A DNA stretch of 64,000 nt from an uncultured Gemmatimonadales bacterium (GTDB lineage: Bacteria > Gemmatimonadota > Gemmatimonadetes > Gemmatimonadales > Gemmatimonadaceae): contig CAVPQB010000004.1 of assembly GCA_963707505.1 (NCBI GenBank), positions 544,001-608,000 of the forward strand, in the 5' to 3' direction. A program made the position numbers and the translations under genes. Shown piece by piece: positions 10,325 to 19,629 of this stretch (within the stretch, counting starts at the first letter, position 1; the number at the start of each line of letters is the position of its first letter). The notes beneath the pieces are model-generated. The model ran no database searches. It worked only from the letters and a program-made list of their open reading frames with translations, and was not told where the DNA came from.

Positions 10325-10391
10325 ATGAGTTTCTTTGCAGCTTTTTTTGTCGCTATGTTTTCGGGCGGCGGGTACGCAAGAGTGGTCATAG
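10325..10391 (+). CDS. Putative ~21-aa hydrophobic peptide MSFFAAFFVAMFSGGGYA(R/K)WS
   Basis: SD GGAGGTG at 10310-10316, 8 nt before ATG. TGG TCA TAG at 10383-10391 is reached by one +1 correction. As assembled, the frame reads on into the next gene. Confidence 0.5.
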
Positions 10392-10417
10392 GGTCGTGGA
10401 CGGGGGTCCTTGCACAT

Positions 10418-11731
10418 ATGATGAAACAGCCAGTTCGCACGTACATTCTCACCATTGCACTGCTAGCCAGTGCATCGCTTGCGCTACTCGTTTGGATTGC
10501 GCCCGTACGCGGGCGCGGATCATCTTCGAGCAGTCGCCACGCTGAGCGTCATTGCGCTCGCGACTCACATGATGGGTCACTCGCTGTCACGAAATACGAC
10601 CGGGACTGTATCCTTCGTTCCGTTTCTCGCGAGCGCGGCCATCTCGCCCGACTGGTTAACCGTTCTGGGCGTAGTGATTGTAGCGGCTGCCGTGCAGGTT
10701 GTCAGACGGCAGCCCCCTTGCGAAGGGCCTGTTCAACCTTTGTCAGCAAGGCCTCTCCGTGTCCACCGCGATTCTAGCGTACGATTGTTTGGTGGAACAT
10801 CGGTCCTTCAGGGCGGCTCGCTCCCGTATGCAGCCTTCGGTGCGCTGTTCCTGACATACTCTGCAGTCAACAGTCTTTCCGTAAGCGGTGTCGTCGCCTT
10901 GAGCGAAGGACGCCGTCTTTGGGAGGTTTGGACTGAGAACAGCCTCGGAACTCTAGCCTATGACGTCATTGCGCTTCCAGTAATTGTGTGATTGGCTTGG
11001 GTCTACGCGAAGTACGCTGCGCCTGGTGCGTTCGGTGTCGCCGTTTCTCTGTTGGGTTGCGAGAACTGTACATCGTCAACCTCCAGCTTGAAAAGGCGAA
11101 CCAGGAACTGCTGGAATTGATGGTTGCAGCGATCGAGGCGCGGGATCCATATACGTCGGGCCATTCGAGGCGCGTCTCGGAGCACGCCAAGGTCATAGCG
11201 CAGATCGTCGGTCTGCGGTCGTCCGTGGCACGGCGCGTCGAGATCGCCGCACTACTCCACGACGTAGGCAAGATCCACGAGATATTCGCGCCAATTCTGC
11301 TGAAACCAGGTCGTTTGACAGAAGAAGAAAACGCGATCATGCAGACGCACCCAATCAAGAGCGAAGAACTGGTTGCGAAGGTCTCACAGTTGAGGGACGT
11401 GGTGTCCGCAGTCCGTCACCACCATGAGAATTGGGATGGTACTGGCTACCCGGATGGACTCGCGGGCGACCGCATTCCGCTTGCGTCGCGTATCATAATG
11501 TTCGCGGACACGATTGATGCCATGACATCAGACCGGCCATACCGCAAAGCGTTGGACGCGGATGCTGTCAGATCCGAGCTTATGAAGCATCGCGGGCGGC
11601 AATTTGATCCAGTGATTTGTGATGCTCTGTTGAGCAGTGGACGGTTTAACGAGCTATTCAAGCATTCGTCACACCAGTCTCTACCGCATACACAGGAAGT
11701 CCCCCGACTTCGGCTCGCATCACAAGCCTGA
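10418..11731 (+). CDS. Multi-TM (MASE-type) sensor HD-GYP c-di-GMP phosphodiesterase; membrane part broken by 4 indels and 1 in-frame stop
   Basis: RDPYTSGHSRRV, HDVGK, HHENWDGTGYP, DAMTSDRPYR. TM segments are recoverable across frames, including KGLFNLCQQGLS. Confidence 0.8.
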
Positions 11732-14700
11732 ACCGAGACGGGCGAGCTCGACGATTATCTCCGGTGCAACAGGCTTCGTATCTCTGCGCTCGCACCTGAC
11801 GTACCGATCGAGGAATTCTCGCGCCAATTCCACGTCTCCGAGATAGCGATACCCGAGGTACAATGAATAGCATTCGTAATCTTGGGCGCCGGTGGTCCGG
11901 AGCAGAGAACTTGCGTTGGCAAGTTTGAACACCCACTCGGCCAGTTCGCTTTGACCAACGCCTTGGCCAACCCCCAGCCGGACCTTCGTCGCGAGCGCAG
12001 CGGTTCGGAACTGAACTACCGAATCCTCCCATAGCGGACGGGATCGGGGCGATTCCAGCAGACGATGTGCCGCGTCCCACTGCCTCCGCCAGATGTGCAC
12101 ACGGGCGATGGCAATGCGTAGGCTGCGGTGCGATCTAAGTTCCTCGTTGGGGCGGCGCAGCCGTCTATACTTGGCGGCCCATTGACTCGCAATGTCGACG
12201 CGCCCTGAGTCGCAATGCATTTCGATTAGTCGATTGCATGCTTCTGCCGCTAAGTCGTGGCAGTGAAATTGAACGGCAGATTGAAAGAGCGACTCACAGA
12301 CGGCTTCACCCTCCCCGGGGAGACCGCCGCGGCGCAGAGCACTGGTGCAATTGAGCATAATTGTCAAACGATGCCGTGGCGGGAGCGTACGCTCTGCAAA
12401 GAGCAACAGTTCGCGCGCGGCAAGTGTGCCGGCGTCGGCGCGACCACGAATGGTCTCGTATATCATGTGCAGCATCAGTCTGTGTTGCACGGCGACGTTC
12501 GGCTGGAACGACAGGGGTGCTACCTCTCGGTACACTGCATCCATCGTATCGAGATCGCTGATGTTCGACGCAATCTTGAGTGCGTTGATTGCAGCTTGAA
12601 TGCGGTGTGAAGCATCGGCATCACATGCGTATACGCATCGCAGCGTCATCTGGAGCGTGCTGTTCCAGTCTCGATGCAAGCTGCGCTGCGCGTTTAGCTC
12701 CCAGAGCTCGAGATCGTCGTGAATGGTCTTCGCATCGCCACCATACTCCTCGAGCGACCGGACTTGGATAACGGTATTGCAGAACGACCGCCAGTCACGT
12801 CCCACATATTGCGAGTGCGCCATTGCGCGCAGTATCAATACTCTGCTGGCGTTACCGCGGCACGTCTGGAGCGCAGTGCTACACCGCTTCACCGCCTCAT
12901 CCACCAGTCCCATGTCGTGGAGATGACGTGCACATGCTACGGCGGCCAGGGTCGAACGATCGGGTTGGCCGGCGCTCTGCCAGTGGTCGGCGCAGTCCCA
13001 GAATAACTCCGCGGAGCGCGTTGTGGTTGCGACCGTTTCGAGGGCGTTGGCTGCGGCGTGGTGTAGCAATGCACGTCCAGGTGCGGACAGCCCACGGGTG
13101 GCGGCACGGAGGACTATGTCGTGGCGACACAGTACCGATGCAGTGCCATCGGTGGCGCCCTCTCCAATGGCGAGCATGCTGGCCTCGCCGAGTGCTTCGA
13201 TCGCGGCGAACAGAACGTGCGTTGGAAACTGGAGCACTTGCTGGAGCAACTCCACGGTGCTGTTTTTGCCGAGTATGGCAGCGGCCTGGAGCACGCGGAG
13301 TGCGTCGGGTCTGAGGTTGGCGAGCCTCGTCTCGACGAGCGCGATCAGTGACGGTGGGGCAGTGTACTGCTCGCCGGTCGCGATCCAGAAATTGACGAGC
13401 TCCTCGATGAAGTATGGATTGCCGCCCGATGTCTGGACGCACCAATCGATGAAGCTGTCGTCCGCGCTGCGGCCGTGTTTGGCGAGTCGATTGGAGATGT
13501 GTGCGCGTGCCGCGGTCGTATCCAGGGCGGAAAGCTCCTCGATGACGAACGTGTCGGGCTCGCCCCACGCGGTATCCCTCCATTTCACACGCGAGGTACA
13601 AACGATCATCACGTGTCCGTGCGCGGTAGTTGCAAGCGTTCGCAGCAACGCCCACGATGCCGAGTCGATCCAGTGTACGTCCTCGACAACGAGCAGCAAC
13701 GGTTGTTCGTCCGCAATCGCTTCGACGAGATCGATAACGGCGGCACGGGTCGACGCCGACTCGTACTGTGTCTCGTCGCGAGCCATGGTCGATGCGTCAT
13801 CGCCCGATGTGTGCGTGATACGGTTCAGACACGAGAGCGTGCTGGGTGCGCATCCGGCAGCACCCGGCAATGATTGCAGGCGCGGTACCGCCTGCACGAA
13901 CGCGGACAGCGGCCGCTGCGCATCGTGGTTGCCGCATGATACGGTGCAGGTGACGGCGTTTCTGCTGCGCATCCATGCGGAGAATTCACGGATCAGGCGG
14001 CTCTTTCCGACGCCCGCGGGCGCGGAGATGTAGGCGGAACTCACCTTTCCGCGAAACGCGCGCTCAGCCTGTGCTCGCAAGCGCTCCATGGATTCGGTGC
14101 GCCCAACGAGCATGGTGTCATCGCTAGCTGTGGCGACCGATCTCCGGTCGGGCCATTTGACAGCGGGCGCAGTCTCACGCAACTGCGCTACGGCGCGATC
14201 GGCGGTTTCACGGGGAATGGCAGCGTGTCGAGATTCGCGGTTCCGGCGTGCCAGATGCTCCGCGGCGCGAGCACGCGCGATGAGCGCGGATTGATGTTCC
14301 GGGTCCAGCTTCAGCGCCTTGTTGGCAAGCGAGAGAGTAACCGGCCAGTCACTCGATGCACTCGCTCGCGTCATTCCCGCAACGACGATGTCCAACAAAC
14401 GCAGATGCAAATCGTCACGCCACTCGTCGACCCAATCATTGAATGCGGGCGAGGCTCGGGGTGAGTATCCCGGGAGAATCGACAGGTCGCGTTCTGCGAG
14501 CTTCGCGGGCTCTTCCGTGCTCAGCAGATCGATATCGATCGAGGCGGCGTCGCGCGGAACCCAGATGCAGGCGGACTCATCGCGGTGGATGTGCAACCCT
14601 TTGCGGCGCAGCTTGTGGATCAGCTCACTGAGCGAGTGCGATGCGTCCGCGGCGCGCATGGCGGGCCAGAAGAGCTTCTCGATCTGTCGGCGCGGAACCC

Positions 14701-14818
14701 GATTACCTCGCTCGCGGGTGAGGTAGGATCCGAGCGCGAAGCACATGTCCGCGCGCGGGCTGATCGTGGTGATCGCCGTTCGTATCAAGCACTGCCCAAG
14801 CGCGTGCAGGACGACCAA
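11720..14818 (-). CDS. SARP/BTAD-like N-terminus + STAND (AAA) NTPase + helical repeat regulator
   Basis: LFWP...SLSELIHKLR wHTH, FNDWVDEWR BTAD-like, Walker A APAGVGKS, Walker B LLVVEDVHW, GGNPYFIEEL. Confidence 0.8.
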   Translation of the reverse strand: MVVLHALGQCLIRTAITTISPRADMCFALGSYLTRERGNRVPRRQIEKLFWPAMRAADASHSLSELIHKLRRKGLHIHRDESACIWVPRDAASIDIDLLSTEEPAKLAERDLSILPGYSPRASPAFNDWVDEWRDDLHLRLLDIVVAGMTRASASSDWPVTLSLANKALKLDPEHQSALIARARAAEHLARRNRESRHAAIPRETADRAVAQLRETAPAVKWPDRRSVATASDDTMLVGRTESMERLRAQAERAFRGKVSSAYISAPAGVGKSRLIREFSAWMRSRNAVTCTVSCGNHDAQRPLSAFVQAVPRLQSLPGAAGCAPSTLSCLNRITHTSGDDASTMARDETQYESASTRAAVIDLVEAIADEQPLLLVVEDVHWIDSASWALLRTLATTAHGHVMIVCTSRVKWRDTAWGEPDTFVIEELSALDTTAARAHISNRLAKHGRSADDSFIDWCVQTSGGNPYFIEELVNFWIATGEQYTAPPSLIALVETRLANLRPDALRVLQAAAILGKNSTVELLQQVLQFPTHVLFAAIEALGEASMLAIGEGATDGTASVLCRHDIVLRAATRGLSAPGRALLHHAAANALETVATTTRSAELFWDCADHWQSAGQPDRSTLAAVACARHLHDMGLVDEAVKRCSTALQTCRGNASRVLILRAMAHSQYVGRDWRSFCNTVIQVRSLEEYGGDAKTIHDDLELWELNAQRSLHRDWNSTLQMTLRCVYACDADASHRIQAAINALKIASNISDLDTMDAVYREVAPLSFQPNVAVQHRLMLHMIYETIRGRADAGTLAARELLLFAERTLPPRHRLTIMLNCTSALRRGGLPGEGEAVCESLFQSAVQFHCHDLAAEACNRLIEMHCDSGRVDIASQWAAKYRRLRRPNEELRSHRSLRIAIARVHIWRRQWDAAHRLLESPRSRPLWEDSVVQFRTAALATKVRLGVGQGVGQSELAEWVFKLANASSLLRTTGAQDYECYSLYLGYRYLGDVELAREFLDRYVRCERRDTKPVAPEIIVELARLGSGL

Positions 14819-14964
14819 GAGTGCCCCTTCTATGGAGGAGGAGCGGGAAAAGTAACGACTCGAATCATCGTTCGAAAACGAACCGATGATTTTCTAACGG
14901 TGCGGCTCGGGAAGGGCTTGGACTGGCGCTTACGAATCTGGGTGCCGAGATCGACTGGTCTCGC

Positions 14965-15312
14965 TCAGCAGGTCCTGGCCCATGGCACGATATCCAGCCG
15001 CGCGAATGGGATTTCCTTGCCGGTGTTCTCGCAGATCCCGAATTGATCCGGGTGATTGTACATGCGCTCGAGGGCGGCATCGATCTCCGCGAGCGTCTTC
15101 GACTCGCGGTCTACCATCACCGCGTCCATCTCATGCTGCATGGTGTCGGTGCCCTGGTCAGCCATGTGGAGGGGCATCTTGGTGATGTCGCCTGCCTGGT
15201 CCTGGTCGTCCTCGTTCTCATTCTGGGCGGCGTACCGGGAGAGGAGCTGATTGACGCGGTCGCGCTCCTGGAGGAGGCGGCTCTCGAGATGTTTGCGTTG
15301 GGCTTGGGTCAT
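14965..15312 (-). CDS. DksA/TraR family protein
   Basis: Coiled coil with HMADQGT tip, EIDAALERM, GICENTGKEIPFARLDIVPWA. Confidence 0.85.
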   Translation of the reverse strand: MTQAQRKHLESRLLQERDRVNQLLSRYAAQNENEDDQDQAGDITKMPLHMADQGTDTMQHEMDAVMVDRESKTLAEIDAALERMYNHPDQFGICENTGKEIPFARLDIVPWARTC

Positions 15313-15377
15313 GATGCGACATGATGCAAGGGTCGGGCTACGGGGGTACAGGGGCACGCGGCGGGGGCCAGCCAACA

Positions 15378-15396
15378 CACAGGGGCCTGCCCCAAC
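15378..15396 (-). repeat. Single REP half-copy (GTTGGGGCAGGCCCC family)
   Basis: 15382-15396 is the exact reverse complement of 20590-20604. Confidence 0.6.
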
Positions 15397-15398
15397 AA

Positions 15399-16352
15399 TC
15401 AATCCACCCTGGGATGCGCGGCGAAGAAGGTCCACATCACGTCGGTGGCGACGATGTCGGAGTCGTCGCGGCCGGGAAAGGTGTACCACGGGATGTCATC
15501 GCCGGGCCAGCGATGTGCGCCGTCCAGAATCGTATAGAGCTCGACGGCGGTTCCCTGGGCGCACGGATGATACGCATCGATGATGACGTTCCTGTCGGCG
15601 GAAACGGTGCGCGAGGCTGGTGTCGCGTTGCAATGGTCGGCGTTGAGCCAGAAGCCGATGGTGTTCCTGACCGACACGATGTTGTCGGGTCCGTCGGATT
15701 CGGGGCCGCCGCGGTACGGCACGTCCTGGTCCTGCATTCCATGAAAGTGAATCACCGACACGGGATGCGATGGCGGTGCGATGCGCAACGTATCGCCTTT
15801 TTCATCAACCATCCCAATCGAGCCGGCGGTCACGCCAACTGCGGCAAGCTTGTCGGACAGCGTCGACGCGAGACGATAGGTCATGATGCCGCCATTGGAA
15901 TGTCCTGCTGCGTAGATGCGGCGGCGATCGATGCGGTACCTGTGCTCGAGCAAATCGATTATCCCGCGCACGAACCGGATGTCGTCACGCTTGGACGGGC
16001 CGTCTATCGCGGTGTGCCAGTCGCTGGGATCGCCGAGTGCCTGGGGGTAGACGGCGATGAAACCTTCGGCGTCTGCCTTGTCGCTCATGCCCGTGTACTT
16101 CTCGAAGTTCTCGGCGCTCTCGCCGTGCCCGTGCAACACGATGACGAGGGGTGCTCTACGTATGGTGTCGTAGTGTGCCGGTATGTGCAGCAGGTACGTG
16201 CGCAACTCTCCAGCGACGTACATCTTCTGCTCTGATGTAACGCCGGGCGGCTCGCTGCTGATCGTGTTGTGTGTGCACGCCTGCGTTGTGAGCAAGGCGA
16301 ATGCTGCGGAGAGGAGAACTGCTGGAAGAAGCGCGGCGCGATTGATCAACAT
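15399..16352 (-). CDS. PHB depolymerase/LpqC-family esterase, probably exported
   Basis: PLVIVLHG, GHSNGG nucleophile, HG..D, HRWPG; N-terminal signal with Cys. Confidence 0.85.
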   Translation of the reverse strand: MLINRAALLPAVLLSAAFALLTTQACTHNTISSEPPGVTSEQKMYVAGELRTYLLHIPAHYDTIRRAPLVIVLHGHGESAENFEKYTGMSDKADAEGFIAVYPQALGDPSDWHTAIDGPSKRDDIRFVRGIIDLLEHRYRIDRRRIYAAGHSNGGIMTYRLASTLSDKLAAVGVTAGSIGMVDEKGDTLRIAPPSHPVSVIHFHGMQDQDVPYRGGPESDGPDNIVSVRNTIGFWLNADHCNATPASRTVSADRNVIIDAYHPCAQGTAVELYTILDGAHRWPGDDIPWYTFPGRDDSDIVATDVMWTFFAAHPRVD

Positions 16353-16396
16353 CTCAATAGCATCTCGACAGCATCTCGACGTCGCATTTTTTCAGG

Positions 16397-16885
16397 TCAC
16401 GGAAGTGTGAACGCTACGCGTCTTTCGATTGGATGCGTGTCGGTGGCGAGCAGTGCGACGGCGGTGTATGCACCGTGTGCGCCGTTGGTGTCCCAACTGT
16501 CTTCCATGGTAAGCGTGTCACTCGACTTGACGGTGAGCGCCTGCATCGTCTGAGTGAAGATTCTTCCGGCGCTCGCGCGCCAGATCGTCTTGCCGGTGGA
16601 ATCAAGAACCGCGATGTCGTGTGTACGCGCATTGGGGAAGCGCAACTCGACGGTCTTCTTGGTGTTGTTGGTTACGCGCAGTGCGAAATCGACGCGTGAT
16701 CCGTTGCGCGCGAGATCGAGCTCGGTTGCAACTTCTGCTGGCGCTTTATGACCCTGCGATGCGCGAAACGACCTGTTCGAGGGTGTAACCGTGCTCGAGC
16801 TTGCAGTTTGTGAGTGCACCCATGGTCCGCACGCGTAAACGAGCGCGGCAGCGCAAAGGGATGTGATGATGAAGCGGTTTTCCAT
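16397..16885 (-). CDS. BsuPI (proteinase inhibitor I42-like/Ig-fold) domain protein, likely lipoprotein
   Basis: VTN...VELRFP...DIAVLD..GK.IWRAS.GRIFTQ pattern; signal ending YAC. Confidence 0.7.
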   Translation of the reverse strand: MENRFIITSLCAAALVYACGPWVHSQTASSSTVTPSNRSFRASQGHKAPAEVATELDLARNGSRVDFALRVTNNTKKTVELRFPNARTHDIAVLDSTGKTIWRASAGRIFTQTMQALTVKSSDTLTMEDSWDTNGAHGAYTAVALLATDTHPIERRVAFTLP

Positions 16886-17117
16886 GCTAGAAGCGACGCT
16901 GGAAGGCGGTTGTCGGACGGTCGTCGCGAGTGCCAAAGTTATCAACGGATAGACGATGGAGCAAGCGCTCGGCAACAGATAACTGCATGGAGTATCGGCA
17001 GTTAGGCTGGGATCACAAATCGGGATTTGGGGAGGGTGGATGTTAAACATCTGGTGAGCGCATATATAGGCCATACCGCTTGAACTTTTTTTCACAAGCG
17101 CGTTAAATTTCAGGCAC

Positions 17118-17360
17118 GTGGGGGACAAGGGGAGTGCGCCATCGGCGTCGGATTTCGCCGGAATCGGGCTTCAGTTCGCGGCCTCTGTGCTTCTCTTCGG
17201 CTACGCCGGCCAGTGGCTGGACGGGCGCTTCGGGACGGGGCCGTGGCTCCTTATAATCGGTGTTTTCCTGGGCGCGGGCGGGGCTTTCTACAGCATGTAT
17301 CGCAAGCTCATGGCGTCGCAGGAAGATCGGGGCAACGGAACGCGGGGCGGCGGATCATGA
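17118..17360 (+). CDS. AtpZ/AtpI family protein
   Basis: G.WLD.RFGT.PWLLIIGVFLG; first gene of the atp operon. Confidence 0.85.
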   Translation: MGDKGSAPSASDFAGIGLQFAASVLLFGYAGQWLDGRFGTGPWLLIIGVFLGAGGAFYSMYRKLMASQEDRGNGTRGGGS

Positions 17361-17370
17361 GGCTCGCTTC

Positions 17371-17640
17371 ATGACCGGCGAGATGAGTCGGGCGATCTGG
17401 ACCTCGGTTGGCGTTGCTGTGGTGGTGCAGGTGCTCGCGGTACTGATTGGACGGTCGTTCGGAAAGGATCGGCTGCTGGTTGGATGGGGGATGGGCGCGC
17501 TGCTCCGGCTTCTTGCGGTGCTGGTGTACGGCTTCGCGATAATCCCGGCCCTCGGTCTTCAAATGGCGCCCGCGCTGTTGTCTCTGGTGGTGATTCTGTT
17601 CGTCACGACGCTCTTCGAACCCTTCTTGCTTACCAAATAG
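17371..17640 (+). CDS. ATP synthase I-like membrane protein (start uncertain)
   Basis: Hydrophobic ORF between atpZ and atpB. Confidence 0.6.
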   Translation: MTGEMSRAIWTSVGVAVVVQVLAVLIGRSFGKDRLLVGWGMGALLRLLAVLVYGFAIIPALGLQMAPALLSLVVILFVTTLFEPFLLTK

Positions 17641-18498
17641 ATGCTGCAAGCCGGTCCTGCAATCGACATCATCACGCCCCACATCACGGACGCACACGCG
17701 ATCGACTATCCGTGCCTGCATCCGGGCTTCGTGTGTGAGCTGGCGCTGCCGCGTTGGACGCCGATCCATATCGGACCGCTCGTCATCGATATGTCGCCGA
17801 CCAAGCACGTGGTGTGGCTCGGGATCGCGGCGGTGCTCTGCCTCATCACCATGCTGATGGCGGCGCGGGCACATGCGAGGACGACTTTCGGCGGCACTCG
17901 GGCGCCGTCTGGGTTCGGGAATGGGATGGAGGCTTTCGTGCTGTTCCTCCGGAACGAGGTAGTGATCCCGAACGTGGGCCCCAAGGGCGACAAGTTCACG
18001 CCGTTCATCCTCACGCTGTTCTTCTTCATCCTGTTCGCGAATCTGTGTGGTCTGATCCCCTATGGCTCCACGGCGACGGGTAACATCGGTGTTACGGCGA
18101 CGCTCGCGGTGATCACGTTCGTCGTCGTCGAGATCGCGGGAATGCGGGAGCAGGGTGCGGCCTACATCAACACGATCGTGTACTGGCCGCACGACGTGCC
18201 GGTGCCGGTCAAGTCGTTCATGACGTTCATCATGACGCCGGTCGAGATCGTCGGGAAGTTCACCAAGCCGTTCGCGCTGGCGATCCGACTTTTCGCGAAC
18301 ATGACCGCGGGTCACGTCGTGTTGCTGGCGCTGATCGGATTGATCTTCACGTTCAAGAGCTACATAGTCGCACCCGCTCCGCTGGCGATGGCGGTTGCGA
18401 TCTCGTTGCTGGAGATATTCGTGTCGCTGTTGCAGGCGTTCATCTTCGCGCTGTTGTCGGCGGTGTTCATCGGACAGATCCGGACGGCGGCGCATTAA
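17641..18498 (+). CDS. atpB: ATP synthase Fo subunit a
   Basis: PFALAIRLFANMTAGH, LEIFVSLLQAFIF. Confidence 0.96.
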   Translation: MLQAGPAIDIITPHITDAHAIDYPCLHPGFVCELALPRWTPIHIGPLVIDMSPTKHVVWLGIAAVLCLITMLMAARAHARTTFGGTRAPSGFGNGMEAFVLFLRNEVVIPNVGPKGDKFTPFILTLFFFILFANLCGLIPYGSTATGNIGVTATLAVITFVVVEIAGMREQGAAYINTIVYWPHDVPVPVKSFMTFIMTPVEIVGKFTKPFALAIRLFANMTAGHVVLLALIGLIFTFKSYIVAPAPLAMAVAISLLEIFVSLLQAFIFALLSAVFIGQIRTAAH

Positions 18499-18499
18499 A

Positions 18500-18523
18500 G
18501 GCGCGGACGAATCCGCGCCCTAC
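18500..18523 (-). repeat. GTAG-type REP: GTAG-GGCGCGGA-TTCG-TCCGCGCC
   Basis: GTAG tetranucleotide followed by a perfect 8-bp hairpin. Confidence 0.65.
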
Positions 18524-18545
18524 GATTGGAATGGTTGATAGACGA

Positions 18546-18572
18546 TGGATTCCCGCGTTCGCGGGAATGACG
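18546..18572. repeat. REP-like TGGATTCCCGC-GTTC-GCGGGAATGACG
   Basis: Same family as 1330-1357. Confidence 0.75.
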
Positions 18573-18690
18573 AGATAGTTGTACCGGGCTCGACCCGGGA
18601 ATCCCGTTGGGACCTGGTCCCGTTGACGGGTTGCGCCATGCCGGAGCGCGTTGAGAATCCGGTCATACGATTCATTCGGAGCTGGTTCAA

Positions 18691-18969
18691 ATGATGTTTC
18701 CTCTGCTTCAGGCAGCGGTTGGCGCGACCAAGGAATACGCGGGCGCGTGGGGCATGATGGGTGCTGGTATCGGCGCGGGCCTGGCCGTCATCGGTGCAGG
18801 CATCGGTATCGGCAAGGTTGGTGGACAGGCGATGGACGGAATGGCGCGTCAGCCGGAGCGTGCAAGCCAGATCCAGACCGCGGCTCTTATCTTCGCGGCG
18901 CTCGTCGAAGGTGTTGCGCTGTTCGCGATCGTTGTCTCGTTCGTGATTCAGCAGAAGTTCACGTTCTAA
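18691..18969 (+). CDS. atpE: ATP synthase Fo subunit c (H+-type)
   Basis: GAGIGIG, ARQPE, ALVEG. Confidence 0.96.
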   Translation: MMFPLLQAAVGATKEYAGAWGMMGAGIGAGLAVIGAGIGIGKVGGQAMDGMARQPERASQIQTAALIFAALVEGVALFAIVVSFVIQQKFTF

Positions 18970-19004
18970 GCTGATCGAGTAGCTGTTTCCCTCTGCGCGA
19001 GTTC

Positions 19005-19036
19005 CTCGGTGGCGGCCGATTCGAGCCGTCACCGAG
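19005..19036 (+). promoter_or_regulatory. Intercistronic 12-bp hairpin after atpE
   Basis: CTCGGTGGCGGC / GCCGTCACCGAG; no U-tract. Confidence 0.5.
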
Positions 19037-19050
19037 TACTCCACTGAATA

Positions 19051-19629
19051 GTGTCACTCATGCATTTTTTCCTTCTGCAGGAATCCGTTCAACACGCGGC
19101 CGAGGCTCCATCGGGCGGCCTGCTCTCGCCCAACGGCGGAGTGATGGTCTGGACGCTTGTGATCTTCATCGTCCTGTTGCTGGTTCTCTCGAAGTACGCG
19201 TTCAAGCCGATCACCAAGGCGGTCGAGGAGCGCGAGAAGGCGCTGTCGGACGCCATCGAAGCGGCTCAGCGCGATCGCGACGACGCGAATCGTCTCCTGC
19301 AGGATCAGCGTGAGCAGATCGCTGCTGCTCGGGACGAGGCGCAGAAGATCATTGCCGACGCGCGTGCCGCGGCGGAGCAGGTGCGCGGCACGATAATCGA
19401 GCATGCGCACGGTGAGACGAACGAGCTGCTGGATCGCGCGCGACGCGAGATCGTCGCTGAGCGTGACCGCGCGATCGCAGATCTGCGTCTCGAGGCGATC
19501 GATCTTGCGATTGCGGGCGCATCGCGCGTCATCGGCAAGAACATGGATGACCAGTCCAACCGTCAACTGGTCGAGAGCTTTCTGGCCTCGATCCCGAACT
19601 CGAAGATCGCTCCCAAGGCGGGGGTCTGA
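19051..19629 (+). CDS. atpF: ATP synthase Fo subunit b
   Basis: Single TM, KPI..AVEERE, long coiled coil. Confidence 0.95.
   Translation: MSLMHFFLLQESVQHAAEAPSGGLLSPNGGVMVWTLVIFIVLLLVLSKYAFKPITKAVEEREKALSDAIEAAQRDRDDANRLLQDQREQIAAARDEAQKIIADARAAAEQVRGTIIEHAHGETNELLDRARREIVAERDRAIADLRLEAIDLAIAGASRVIGKNMDDQSNRQLVESFLASIPNSKIAPKAGV

Noticed and set aside
10989..10991. Selenocysteine or programmed read-through at the in-frame TGA of the HD-GYP gene
   Set aside because: It lies in a TM segment amid several other errors, and no convincing SECIS follows
16348..16380. 11-bp tandem repeat AGCATCTCGAC; similar short tandems at 37416-37447, 25262-25308 and 44242-44277
   Set aside because: Only 2-4 units with no spacers; slippage duplications or low-complexity linkers, not CRISPR or iterons
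17030..17050. dif site (ATGTTAAA resembles the XerD arm; xerC is in the window)
   Set aside because: No XerC arm or correct 28-bp layout
17080..17097. Rex operator upstream of the atp operon
   Set aside because: Only the right half-site TTCACAA matches; the left half matches 3 of 7
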